Of a DNA stretch of 64,000 bases, positions 39,091 through 50,630 are shown piece after piece. Location of the stretch: the NCBI GenBank assembly GCA_028826165.1, contig JAPDFW010000081.1, forward strand, positions 1,054,001-1,118,000, read 5' to 3'. Numbering within the stretch: position 1 is the stretch's first letter; each line of letters opens with the position of its first letter. A program made the translations under genes and the position numbers. Below the pieces are notes generated by a model. That model saw only the letters and a list, made by a program, of their open reading frames with translations. It did not search any database and was not told where the DNA came from. The stretch comes from Anaeramoeba ignava BMAN (taxonomy: Eukaryota; Protista; Anaeramoebae).

Positions 39091-41358
39091 TTAATATAAT
39101 TCTATATTTTGAATCAAATAAAATAAAATTAAATCTAAAAAAGAATTTTGATTTAATTGATAATAATCTTTAACATCTTCAAGTTCTTGAATAATTTGTT
39201 TTGTAATTTTATTTTCTTCAATTTCATCATTATATATAAAATATATTATTTGTTGAATTGTTTCAAATGTTTTTCCTGTATAATCGTGAACTTCATTTGA
39301 TGAATCTTCAACACTTAAAAACATTCCTTTAAATAATTCACTTCTTATCATTAATATTAATTTATGAACTTTAATTTCTTTTTCTTCACAAATTATTGTA
39401 AAATTTTTACTTTCATTTTCTTGATAAAATTTTTGGAAATCTTTTATTATTCCTTTTCTTCCTTTTTTTATGTTTATCCAATTTAAATCTAATCCTATTT
39501 CTTTGAAAAATTCTTCAATAATTTCATTTTGTTTTTTGCATTTTTCAATTTCAATTTCTTTATTTCGAAATCTCAAATAGTTCATTCCAATTCTGCCAAA
39601 AAATTCATTTTGTAGAATATCATTTGAATTTTGATATTTTTGGGTTTGAATAATTTGAGTTTTATAATTGATTAGATTATGGAATCTTTCAATAAAATTA
39701 TCAAAATCAGGAAATCCAGTATAAAGGAAAGTAATACAAAGTTGAACAATTTCTTTTGATTTTTGAGAACAAATATTAACAAATTTATTTAATATTGAAT
39801 AATCATTATCAAATCTTGATAAAAGAATTTGTTTATGAAGATTGAAATTGAAAGAATCATTTGATTTAATTTGGAAATCTGGAAAATTTTCATTTGATTT
39901 CAAGAAATTATTTAAATCTTGATTAAGTGAATAAATTTTTGGGAAAAATTCAATAATTTCTTGTGTAATTTGTGATTCTTCTAAATTGAAAATATCAGCA
40001 TCATTCATTAACAAAATTTGAATTTTTTTTCTATCATGATTACTATTGGCAATTTGTAATGGTACTTGATTTTTATTGTTTCTTGCATTTATATCTGCAC
40101 CTTTTTCAATTAATAATTTGATAATTTCATTGGATTTTTCGTTTTGGTATTTACAAGCTAAATGCAAAGCTGTTACATATCTTTCTTTTGTTTTGGCATT
40201 GACATCTGCTCCTTTTCCAATTAGATATTTGATAATCTCAAATGAATTTTCATTTTGACTTTGATATTCAAAAGCAACATGCAAAGGAGTTTGACAAATC
40301 ATATTTCTGACATTGATATCTGCTTTATTTTCAACAAGATATTTGATAATTTGAATAGAGTCTTTATGTTGATATTGACAAGCGAAATGCAATGGTGATT
40401 GATTTTCTTTTGTTTTGGCATTGACATCTGCACCTTTTTCGATTAGATATTTGACAATTTGAAATGATTTTGGGTGTTTGTGATATTCACAAGTTAAATG
40501 CAAAGGTGTTTCGTGATTCCAATTATTTTTGGCATTGATATCTATTCCTTTTTCAACCAATAATTTGATAATTTCAAATGAATTTTCATTTCTTTGATAT
40601 TCACAAGTAAAATGCAAGGCTGTTTGATTATCTTTTGTTTTGGCATTAATATCTACACCTTTTTTAATTAAATATTTGAGAACTTGAATTACATTTTCAT
40701 GCTGGCATTGACAAGCAAAATGCAAAAATGTTTGATCGAAAACATCAATAGAATTAAAGTCTGCACCGTTTTCAATTAGAAATTTGATAATTCGAAGGGA
40801 ATTCTGTTGTTGATATTGGCAAATCAAATGCAAAGGAATTTGATCATATTTGCTTTTGACATTGATATCTGCTTTATTTTCAACAAGAAATTTGATAATT
40901 TGAAATGTATTTTCATTTTGTTGATATTGACACACTATATGTAAAGGTGTTTGATTTTGATAATTCTTGGCATTGATATCTGCTTTATTTTCAACAAGAA
41001 ATTTGATAATTTGAAATGTATTTTCATTTTGTTGATATTGACAAGCTAGATGTAAAGGTATTTGATTTTGATAATTCTTGGCATTGATATCTGCACCTTT
41101 TTCAATAAGAAATTTAATAATTTCAAATGAATTTTCATTTTTTTGATATCTACAAACTAAATGTAAAGGAGTTTCGTTTTGATAATCTTTGGCATTGATA
41201 TCTGAACCTTTTTCAATTAATTTTTTTATATTTGTTATTGATTCATTATTTCGACAAAAAATATGGAGTTTTGTTTCTTTTCCATTAAGATTTGGAATTA
41301 AATGATTATTTTTTGGAAATTGGTTTTTGTTAAAATTTTGTTTCTTTTCTTTATTCAT
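39091..41358 (-). CDS. Ankyrin-repeat + BTB-like protein, tandem paralog 2
   Basis: Same repeat consensus and near-identical C-terminal ~290 aa. Confidence 0.93.
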   Translation of the reverse strand: MNKEKKQNFNKNQFPKNNHLIPNLNGKETKLHIFCRNNESITNIKKLIEKGSDINAKDYQNETPLHLVCRYQKNENSFEIIKFLIEKGADINAKNYQNQIPLHLACQYQQNENTFQIIKFLVENKADINAKNYQNQTPLHIVCQYQQNENTFQIIKFLVENKADINVKSKYDQIPLHLICQYQQQNSLRIIKFLIENGADFNSIDVFDQTFLHFACQCQHENVIQVLKYLIKKGVDINAKTKDNQTALHFTCEYQRNENSFEIIKLLVEKGIDINAKNNWNHETPLHLTCEYHKHPKSFQIVKYLIEKGADVNAKTKENQSPLHFACQYQHKDSIQIIKYLVENKADINVRNMICQTPLHVAFEYQSQNENSFEIIKYLIGKGADVNAKTKERYVTALHLACKYQNEKSNEIIKLLIEKGADINARNNKNQVPLQIANSNHDRKKIQILLMNDADIFNLEESQITQEIIEFFPKIYSLNQDLNNFLKSNENFPDFQIKSNDSFNFNLHKQILLSRFDNDYSILNKFVNICSQKSKEIVQLCITFLYTGFPDFDNFIERFHNLINYKTQIIQTQKYQNSNDILQNEFFGRIGMNYLRFRNKEIEIEKCKKQNEIIEEFFKEIGLDLNWINIKKGRKGIIKDFQKFYQENESKNFTIICEEKEIKVHKLILMIRSELFKGMFLSVEDSSNEVHDYTGKTFETIQQIIYFIYNDEIEENKITKQIIQELEDVKDYYQLNQNSFLDLILFYLIQNIELY

Positions 41359-41428
41359 TTATGTTGTAAAAAGGAAAAAAAAATGAAAAAAAAAATGAAA
41401 AAAAAAAATTTAAAAAAAAAAAGTTTGA

Positions 41429-43843
41429 TCAAAATTCTAAAATTAAATCTAAAAAAGAATTTTGATTTAATTGATAATAATCTTTAACATCTTCAAGTTC
41501 TTGAATAATTTGTTTTGTAATTTTATTTTCTTCAATTTCATCATTATAAATAAAATATATTAATTGTTGAATTGTTTCAAATGTTTTTCCTGTGTAATCG
41601 TGAACTTCATTTGATGAATCTTCAACACTTAAAAACATTCCTTTAAATAATTCACTTCTTATCATTAATATTAATTTATGAACTTTAATTTCTTTTTCTT
41701 CACAAATTATTGTGAAATTTTTACTTTCATTTTCTTGATAAAATTTTTGGAAATCTTTTATTATTCCTTTTCTTCCTTTTTTTATATTTATCCAATTTAA
41801 ATCTAATCCTATTTCTTTGAAAAATTCTTCAATAATTTCATTTTCTGAAATATTGTTTAATTTTGGATATTTTTCATTTTTATAATTGATTAGATTATGG
41901 AATCTTTCAATAAAATTATCAAAATCAGGAAATCCAGTATAAAGGAAATTAATACAAAGTTGAACAATTTCTTTTGATTTTCGAGAACAAATATTAACAA
42001 ATTTATTTAATATTGAATAATCATTATCAAATCTTGATAAAAGAATTTGTTTATGAAGATTGAAATTGAAAGAATCATTTGATTTAATTTGGAAATCTGG
42101 AAAATTTTCATTTGATTTTAAGAAATTATTTAAATCTTGATTAAGTGAATAAATTTTTGGGAAAATATCCATAATTTCTTGTGTAATTTGTAGTCTTTGT
42201 AGATGAAAAATATCAGCATCATTCATTAATAAAATTTGAATTTTTTTTCTATCATGATTACTATTGACAATTTCTAATGGTGATTGATTGAAGTAATTTA
42301 TACAATTAACATCAGCACCTTTTTCAATTAATAATTTGATAATTTCATTTTGTTTTGAATTTGAATTTGAATTTGAATTTTTTTGTTTTGTGCAAATTAA
42401 ATGCAAAGAATTTTGGTTAAAATGATCTTTATGATTTACATCTGCACCTTTTTCAATTAGATATTTGATAATTTGAAATGAATTTTCATTGCTTTGATAT
42501 CTGGAAGCAACGTGCAAAGCTGTTTCATTATTGATATTTGTGAAATTGATATCTGAACCATTTTCGATTAGATATTTGATAATTTCCATTGTATTTTGAT
42601 TTTGGTATTGGCAGGCTAAATGCAATGAGTTGTTTTGAAATTTGTCTATTATTCTTCCACCTTTTTCAATTAAAAATTTGATAATTTCAAATGATTTTTC
42701 AAAATTAGAAAGGAAAGCTGAATGCAAAGGGGTTTCTAAATTTTTGTTTTGAGAATTAATTTCTGCTCTTTTTTCAACTAAATATTTGATAATTGCAAGT
42801 GAATTTTCATTTTGAAATCTGCATGCAAAATGTAAAGGTGTTTCATTGTATTTTGTTTTTGAATTTGTGCTTGAACCTTTTTCAACTAATAATTTGATAA
42901 TTTCATTTTGTTGATATCTACAAGCAATATGCAAAGGTAATTCACCATAATTGTTTTCTATGTTCTGATTTGCTCCATTCTCAATTAAAAATTTGATAAT
43001 TTGAAATGAGTTTTTATTTTGTTGATATTGACAAAGATAATGTAAAAGTGTTTCATGGTATTTGGTTTTAGAATTGATATCTAGACCTTTTTCAACTAAA
43101 TATTTGGTAATTTGGAATAAATCGTCCTTTTGTTGATATTGAAAAGCTAAATGTAAAGGAGTTTCATAATCACTATTTTTTTCATTAACATTTGAACCTT
43201 TTTCAACTAACAATTTGATAATTTCAAATAGGTATTTGTTTTGTTGAAATTCACAAACTAAATGCAAAGCTGTTCGACTTTCAGTTCTAGAATTAATATT
43301 TGCTCCTTTTTCAATTAAATATTTAATTGTGTCGATTGTATTTTCATTTTTTTGAAATTCACAAATCAAATGTAAAGGAGTTTGATTTTGATTATTTTTA
43401 GAATTAATATTTGCTCCTTTTTCAATTAAATATTTAATAATTTCAAATGAATTTTCATTTTTTTGAAATTCACAAATCAAATGTAAAGGAGTTTCCTTGT
43501 AAATATTTTTAGAATTAATATCTGCACCTTTTTCAATTAATAATTTAATAATTTCAAATGAATTTTCATTTTGATTATTTCTAGAAGCAAAATGTAAAGG
43601 AGTTTCATTTTGGTTATTTTTAGAATTAATATCTGCTCCTTTTTCAATTAATAATTTAATTGTGTCGATTGTATTTTCATTTTTTTGGAATTCACAAATC
43701 AAATGCAAAGGAGTTTCATTTTGATTATTTTTGCCATTAACATCTTCACCTTTTTCTATTAACAATTTAATAGTTTGAAATGTATTCAAATGAGAAAGAA
43801 AATGCAAAAGGTTTTCATTTAAATTTGAATTTTTCATTTTCAA
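41429..43843 (-). CDS. Ankyrin-repeat + BTB-like protein, tandem paralog 3
   Basis: Same architecture; start codon uncertain. Confidence 0.9.
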   Translation of the reverse strand: MKMKNSNLNENLLHFLSHLNTFQTIKLLIEKGEDVNGKNNQNETPLHLICEFQKNENTIDTIKLLIEKGADINSKNNQNETPLHFASRNNQNENSFEIIKLLIEKGADINSKNIYKETPLHLICEFQKNENSFEIIKYLIEKGANINSKNNQNQTPLHLICEFQKNENTIDTIKYLIEKGANINSRTESRTALHLVCEFQQNKYLFEIIKLLVEKGSNVNEKNSDYETPLHLAFQYQQKDDLFQITKYLVEKGLDINSKTKYHETLLHYLCQYQQNKNSFQIIKFLIENGANQNIENNYGELPLHIACRYQQNEIIKLLVEKGSSTNSKTKYNETPLHFACRFQNENSLAIIKYLVEKRAEINSQNKNLETPLHSAFLSNFEKSFEIIKFLIEKGGRIIDKFQNNSLHLACQYQNQNTMEIIKYLIENGSDINFTNINNETALHVASRYQSNENSFQIIKYLIEKGADVNHKDHFNQNSLHLICTKQKNSNSNSNSKQNEIIKLLIEKGADVNCINYFNQSPLEIVNSNHDRKKIQILLMNDADIFHLQRLQITQEIMDIFPKIYSLNQDLNNFLKSNENFPDFQIKSNDSFNFNLHKQILLSRFDNDYSILNKFVNICSRKSKEIVQLCINFLYTGFPDFDNFIERFHNLINYKNEKYPKLNNISENEIIEEFFKEIGLDLNWINIKKGRKGIIKDFQKFYQENESKNFTIICEEKEIKVHKLILMIRSELFKGMFLSVEDSSNEVHDYTGKTFETIQQLIYFIYNDEIEENKITKQIIQELEDVKDYYQLNQNSFLDLILEF

Positions 43844-43902
43844 AAGAAGAAAGAAAAAAAATGAAAAGAAAAAATGAAAAAAGAAAAAAAAAGCAAATAA
43901 AA

Positions 43903-44637
43903 TTATTTCTCAAAACAATCTTTAATCAATCCAGGAAACCAATAGCTAGTTTCCTTGTCTTGGTTATCGATCCAAGCAATACTTTCTTTAAGTAATTGAT
44001 TCAAAATCAAAGAAGTTCTTGTTTCATCCCATTTTAATTGGGACATAATGATAGATTTTGTGGTGAATCCTTTATCAGAAGAAATGGTGATAACTTTAGT
44101 ATGATCTTGATTCAATTCAATAGGAACTGATTTGACAAGAATTTTTTCGCCTGCTTTGCATATTTCAAATCCACTTCCAAGAGTTTTGATTTTTTGGATC
44201 GCTCGTTCAATATCATCAATTCCAATTTTTTGAGATTTACTTCCCCTCATTTTGAGTACTTTATTTTTGAGTTCGTTGATGTCCATTAAACCACCATTTT
44301 GTGATCTTGTTGATCCACAAACATGAATAATTTGCACTCCAAGTTCGTAATAAAAATCTCCGAATCCAAGTGTTTTGGCCCAGAATCCTTTATGAGATGC
44401 AAGTGGATCAACCCCAATTTTTTGGCACATTGTTTGGAATGCTTTTCGAAATTCGGGATCTTTGTTGATTTTTTTTCGATATGTTTTTGCAAAGCTTTCT
44501 AAATTGTTTTTGAATGATTCAAATTCTATTTTTACATCTTTCATTTTTTCTTTTTGTAGTTGTGTCCCTTTCTGTTCAAATTTATTTTTTTGAAATTGAT
44601 TTTTTGATAAACCATGAAGTCCAACACCTCTTCTCAT
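43903..44637 (-). CDS. SNF8: ESCRT-II subunit VPS22/SNF8
   Basis: MRRGVGL, FQTMCQKIGVDPLAS, GDFYYELGVQI, LVKSVPIELNQDH, WIDNQ..YWFPGL. Confidence 0.95.
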   Translation of the reverse strand: MRRGVGLHGLSKNQFQKNKFEQKGTQLQKEKMKDVKIEFESFKNNLESFAKTYRKKINKDPEFRKAFQTMCQKIGVDPLASHKGFWAKTLGFGDFYYELGVQIIHVCGSTRSQNGGLMDINELKNKVLKMRGSKSQKIGIDDIERAIQKIKTLGSGFEICKAGEKILVKSVPIELNQDHTKVITISSDKGFTTKSIIMSQLKWDETRTSLILNQLLKESIAWIDNQDKETSYWFPGLIKDCFEK

Positions 44638-44689
44638 TTTTGAAAAAAAAATGAAAAAAATGAAAAATTAAAAATTAAAAAATGAAAAA

Positions 44690-46635
44690 AATTAAATTTA
44701 GAATCTATTTAAATTAATATTTTATTAACTTTTATTTATTTAAAATAATTAATTTCTATTTTAAATAAATAAATAAAATTAATAAAATATTTTAATTAAT
44801 ATTATTTCAAAAATTAAATAATAAATAATAATAAATTAAATTTAGAATCAATTTGAATTAATATTTTATTAACTTTTATTTATTTAAAATAATTAATTTC
44901 TATTTTAAATAAATAAATAAAATTAATAAAATATTTTAATTAATATTATTTCAAAAATTTAATAATAAATAATAATAAATTAAATTTAGAATTAATTTAA
45001 ATTTATATTTTATTAACTTTTATTTATTTAAAATTAATAATTTATATTTTAAATAATTAAATAAAATTAATAAAATATTTTAATTAATATTATTTCAAAA
45101 ATTAAATAATAAATAATATTAAATTAAATTTAGAATCTATTTAAATTAATATTTTATTAACTTTTTATTTATTTAAAATAATTAATTTCTATTTTAAATA
45201 AATAAATAAAATTAATAAAATATTTTAATTAATATTATTTCAAAAATTAAATAATAAATAATAATAAATTAAATTTAGAATCAATTTAAATTAATATTTT
45301 ATTAACTTTTTATTTATTTAAAATAATTAATTTCTATTTTAAATAAATAAATAAAATTAATAAAATATTTTAATTAATATTATTTCAAAAATTTAATAAT
45401 AAATAATAATAAATTAAATTTAGAATTAATCTAAATTAATATTTTATTAATTTTTATTTATTTAAAATAATTAATTTCTATTTTAAATAAATAAATAAAA
45501 TTAATAAAATATTTTAATTAATATTATTTCAAAAATTAAATAATAAATAATAATAAATTAAATTTAGAATTAATTTAAATTGATATTTTATTAACTTTTA
45601 TTTATCTAAAATTATTAATTTCTATTTTAAATAATTAAATAAAATTAATAAAATTTTTAATTAATATTATTTCAAAAACTAAATAATAAATAATAATAAA
45701 TTAAATTTAGAATTAATTTAAATTTATATTTTATTAATTTTTATTTATCTAAAAATAATTAATTTATATTTTAAATAAATAAATAAAATTAATAAAATAT
45801 TTTAATTAATATTATTTCAAAAACTAAATAATAAATAATAATAAATTAAATTTAGAATTAATTTAAATTGATATTTTATTAACTTTTATTTATTTAAAAT
45901 TATTAATTTCTATTTTAAATAATTAAATAAAATTAATAAAATATTTTAATTAATATTATTTCAAAAATTAAATAATAAATAATAATAAATTAAATTTAGA
46001 ATCAATTTAAATTAATATTTTATTAACTTTTATTTATCTAAAATAATTAATTTATATTTTAAATAAATAAATAAAATTAATAAAATATTTTAATTAATAT
46101 TATTTCAAAAATTTAATAATAAATAATAATAAATTAAATTTAGAATTAATTTAAATTAATATTTTATTAATTTTTATTTATTTAAAATTATTAATTTCTA
46201 TTTTAAATAATTAAATAAAATTAATAAAATATTTTAATTAATATTATTTCAAAAATTTAATAATAAATAATAATAAATTAAATTTAGAATCAATTTAAAT
46301 TAATATTTTATTAATTTTTATTTATTTAAAATTATTAATTTCTATTTTAAATAATTAAATAAAATTAATAAAATATTTTAATTAATATTATTTCAAAAAT
46401 TTAATAATAAATAATAATAAATTAAATTTAGAATTAATTTAAATTTATATTTTATTAATTTTTATTTATTTAAAATAATTAATTTCTATTTTAAATAATT
46501 AAATAAAATTAATAAAATATTTTAATTAATATTATTTCAAAAATTAAATAATAAATAATAATAAATTAAATTTAGAATCAATTTAAATTTATATTTTATT
46601 AACTTTTATTTATTTAAAATTAATTTCTATTTTAA
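44690..46635. repeat. Intergenic minisatellite, ~13.5 copies of a 144-bp (143-145) almost pure A/T unit
   Basis: The GAAT of the TTTAGAAT anchor recurs at 44701, 44845, 44989, 45133, 45278, 45423, 45567, 45710, 45855, 45999, 46143, 46287, 46431, 46575. Confidence 0.95.
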
Positions 46636-46810
46636 TTTTTGTTTAAAATCTTTAATAAAAATTTTTAAATTGATTTTTCCTTTTTTTTATTGATTTGAAT
46701 CAATTAATTTGATTCAAACTTGGAAAGAAAAAAAAAATGAATTTGGTAAAAAAAGAAAGGAAAGATGAAAAGAAAAGATGAAAAGAAAAGATGAAAAGAA
46801 AGGATTGAGT

Positions 46811-48492
46811 TTATTTAAGTAAACCCATTTTTCTTTGGAAACTTGTAAGGGTATTCTTCATCAACATAGCAATAGTCATTGGACCTAAACCACCAGGAAC
46901 AGGAGTAATTAAACCATTTGGACCAAGAGCTTTTTTGGCACTTTCGAAATCAACATCACCAACTAAACGATAACCTTTTTTCTTTGTTTTATCATTAACT
47001 GCATTAATTCCAACATCAAGAACAGTTGCTCCTTTTTTAAGCCATTCACCTTGAACAAAATTTGCTTTTCCAATTGCAGCAATAACAATATCAGCTTGAG
47101 AAACAACATCTCCAATATTCTTTGTTCTTGAATGTGCAATTGTAACTGTTGCATTTCGATGAAGTAATAACATGGAAACTGGTAATCCAACAATGTTAGA
47201 TCTTCCTAATACAACAGCATGTTTTCCTTCAATTGAAACACCTGATCGATCAAGTAATTCAATGCATCCAAGTGGTGTACAAGCTGAAAACATTGCTTCT
47301 CTTCCTTTCATTGCAAGTTTACCAATTGCAAGTGGAGAAAATCCATCAACATCTTTTGTTTCACTAATTCCATCCTTTTTTTTTTAATATTTATATTTTG
47401 ATTTAATATTGATTTAAATTTGATTTAATTTTGATTTAAATTTGATTTAATTTTGATTTAAAATTGATTTAATATTGATTTAAATATTGATTTAAATTTG
47501 ATTTAATATTGATTTAAATTTGATTTAAATTTGATTTAAATTTGATTTAATTGATTTTTGATTTAAATTTGATTTAATTTTGATTTAAATTTGATTTAAA
47601 TTTGATTTAAATTTGATTTAAATTTGATTTAAATTTGATTTAATTTTGATTTAATTTTGATTTAATTTTGATTTAAATTTGATTTAAATTTGATTTAAAT
47701 TTGATTTAAATTTGATTTAAAATTGATTTAAATTTGATTTAAATTTGATTTAAATTTGATTTAAATTTTAATTTAAATTTGATTTAAATTTGATTTAATT
47801 TTAATTTAAATTTGATTTAAATTTGATTTAAATTTGATTTAAATTTGATTTAATATTGATTTAAATTTGATTTAATTTTGATTTAAATTTGGTTTAATAT
47901 TGATTTAAATTTAATTTAAAATTGATTTAAAATTGATTTAAATTTGATTTAAATTTGATTTAAATTTAAATTTATATTTGATTTAATTTTGATATAATTA
48001 TTATTGATGAATTCAAAATGATTAAAATGTGGATAATTGAAAAAATCCAAAAAATAAATGATGACTCATTTTTAATTTACTAAAACTCTTTGTTCATTAA
48101 TATGCTTTGGTAAAGGTAATTGAACAAGTATTCCATCAATATTAGGGTTAGAATTATATTTTTGAACATAAGCCATAAGATCTTCTTCTGAAATAGTATC
48201 TGGTAAAATTGCATCAAAACTATTCATTCCAAGTGCAACAGTTTGCTTTTTTTTTTCTCTTACATAAACTTGTGAATCTTTTCTTTCTCCAACTAAAACA
48301 ACTGCTAATCCAGGTTTAGCGCCAGTTTTTTGAAAAAGGTCTGAAACTTGTTGTTTAATTTCTTCTCGAATAATTTTTGCAATTTTCTTTTTTATTTTTT
48401 TTTATTTTTATTTTAATTTTATTTAATTTAATTTGGGGTTATTTTTTATTTATTAATTAATTTACTTTTCCATCAATTATTTTAGCTGTCAT
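46811..48492 (-). CDS. folD: Bifunctional methylenetetrahydrofolate dehydrogenase/cyclohydrolase; exons 48492-48466, 48386-48081, 47374-46811
   Basis: MTAKIIDGK, PGLAVVLVG, DGILVQLPLP, KDVDGF, CTPLG, GRSNIVGLP, LVGDVDF, TPVPGGLGPMTIAMLMKNT. Confidence 0.95.
47395..47995 (+). repeat. 11-bp AAATTTGATTT microsatellite in FolD intron 2
   Basis: Directly visible tandem units. Confidence 0.9.
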
Positions 48493-48651
48493 GATTAATT
48501 AAAACAAAACAAAACAAAGCAAAGCAAAAAAACAAAAAGAAAAATTTGTTTTTTAATTTTTTATTTTTTTTTCATTTTTTTTCATTTTTTTTCTCCTTTT
48601 TATTTTTTTCTCCATTTAAAAAATTAAATTAAAAAATTAATAAAAAGTAAA

Positions 48652-50566
48652 ATGAATGATTGTTTATTTTTTGGTCAGAATAAATTTCCAAGTCTTATCA
48701 AAAATGAACCAGATAAAATAACAAATCCAATTAAATTTGAATTTGAAAATGAAAATGAAAATGAAAATAAAAATGAAAAACAAATTAAACAAATTTCAAC
48801 AGGTTATTTTGGAATAATTTTCCTTTTTAAAAATGGAAAAGCAATAGAATATTTAAAATGAAAATGATTCAAATCAAAAACCTGAAAAAATACAAATTGA
48901 AAATATTCAAAAAGTAACTGTTGGTTCTCAAAATGAAGCTATTTTAACAAAAGAAGGAAATGTATTTGCCAAAGGAAAAGATATCAATCCAAATAATCCA
49001 AATGAATTTATCAATATTTCATCATTAATTGAAGATACAAATGATAGAATAATTCAAGATATTGTTTCTGGGATGTATTCAATTTACTTATTAACTTCAA
49101 ATCAAAATGTTTATGGAATTGGTTCAAATAAATATGGTCAACTTGGTCTTGATTCTTATACACTTTATAAACCAGAAAAACCAATTTTAATAATGAAAAA
49201 TTTTTCTAAAATATTTTCAGGAAATTCTTCACTTCATTTTTTTCTTTTAAATTCAAATCAAGAATTATTTGGATGTGGTGATAATGATTATGGACAACTT
49301 GGATTAGGAGAATCAAGAAGAGAAACAAGAATCTATAAATTAACCAAAATCCAAAATATTCCAAAAGGTAAAATAATTGATATTCAATGTGGATCTACTC
49401 ATTCAGTAATGTTGATTCAAAATCAAAATAAAAATAAAAAAAGAAAGCTTTATTCATGTGGTTTTTACAGCACTAATGGATTTTGGAAAGATGAATATAC
49501 TTACGAATTTACTGAAATTAAATCATCTTTATTTGAAAATGATGATAATATTCTTGAAATTTCTGTTGGACATTTTCATACTTTGATTTTAACATCCAAT
49601 TCAAAATTAATAGGATTTGGAAGTAATCATTTTGGTGAATTAGGAACTGGAGACAAAAAAAGAGAACAAATCCCAATTCAAATTGAACTTCCTAAATTAA
49701 GATTTAATGAAGATATTTCTAATTATCATATTTCTTGTGGATATAACAAATCATTTCTTTATTATTCACTTTCTTTTTCCAATCTTGAAGAAGATTTGAT
49801 AAAATTATTTAAAAGAAAAGAATTTTGTGATATTTCATTTAAAACCAAAAATGGAGAAATAATTGAAGCTCATAAATTAATATTGAAATATAGATTAAAT
49901 CAAAATGAAAATCAAAATCAAATTGAAAAACTTCAAGAAATTATTTCAAAAAAATCAATTAAAGAATCAAATCAAATATTTGAAATGATTTATTCAAACA
50001 GAATAATAAATCCAAAATTATATTCTGAAATTAAAGAAATTATAAATTCAAATGAAAAAATTGAAGAAACAATGAAAAGAATTTATTTAAATGAAAATGA
50101 AAATGAAAATGAAAAAGATTTTATAATTGAAAGAAAAGAAAAACAATATAAATTTCCAAAATTAATATTAATAATGAGAAGTGAATTATATCGAGGAATG
50201 TTTTTATCTGTAACAAATGATACTTCTAATAAAGTTAAAGATTATAGTGAATTAAGTAATGAATCATTTCAAATATTTGAATATTGGATTTATTCAAATC
50301 AAATTAAAAATGGAATTCAAATTACACAAGAAATTATTGATGAATTAGAAACTGGAATTGATTATTTTCAATTAAATCAAACAAATCCAAATTTATTTGA
50401 TTTATTAATTAACAAATTTAAAATTAAATTAAAATTAAAAACAAAATCAAAATTAAAATCAAAAATTAAAAAAATTAAAATTAAAATCAAAATTAAAATT
50501 AAAATCAAAATTAAAATTAAAATTAAAATTAAAATCAATAAAAAAATAATTCAAAATCAAAATTAA
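48652..50566 (+). CDS. RCC1-repeat + BTB-like protein, paralog 1 (one extra A near 48855-48858)
   Basis: GxNxYGQLG and CGxxHS/T repeats; C-terminal AHKLILKYR and PKLILIMRSELYRGMF; the two ORFs are collinear with intact paralogs. Confidence 0.85.
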
Positions 50567-50630
50567 AAAATTTATTTAGTTTATTTTGTTTGTTAATTGA
50601 AAAGAATAAAAAAAGTAATAAAGAAAGAAT

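Noticed and set aside
44690-46635. CRISPR-like array
   Set aside because: Units are contiguous near-identical repeats with no unique spacers, there are no cas genes, and the context is eukaryotic
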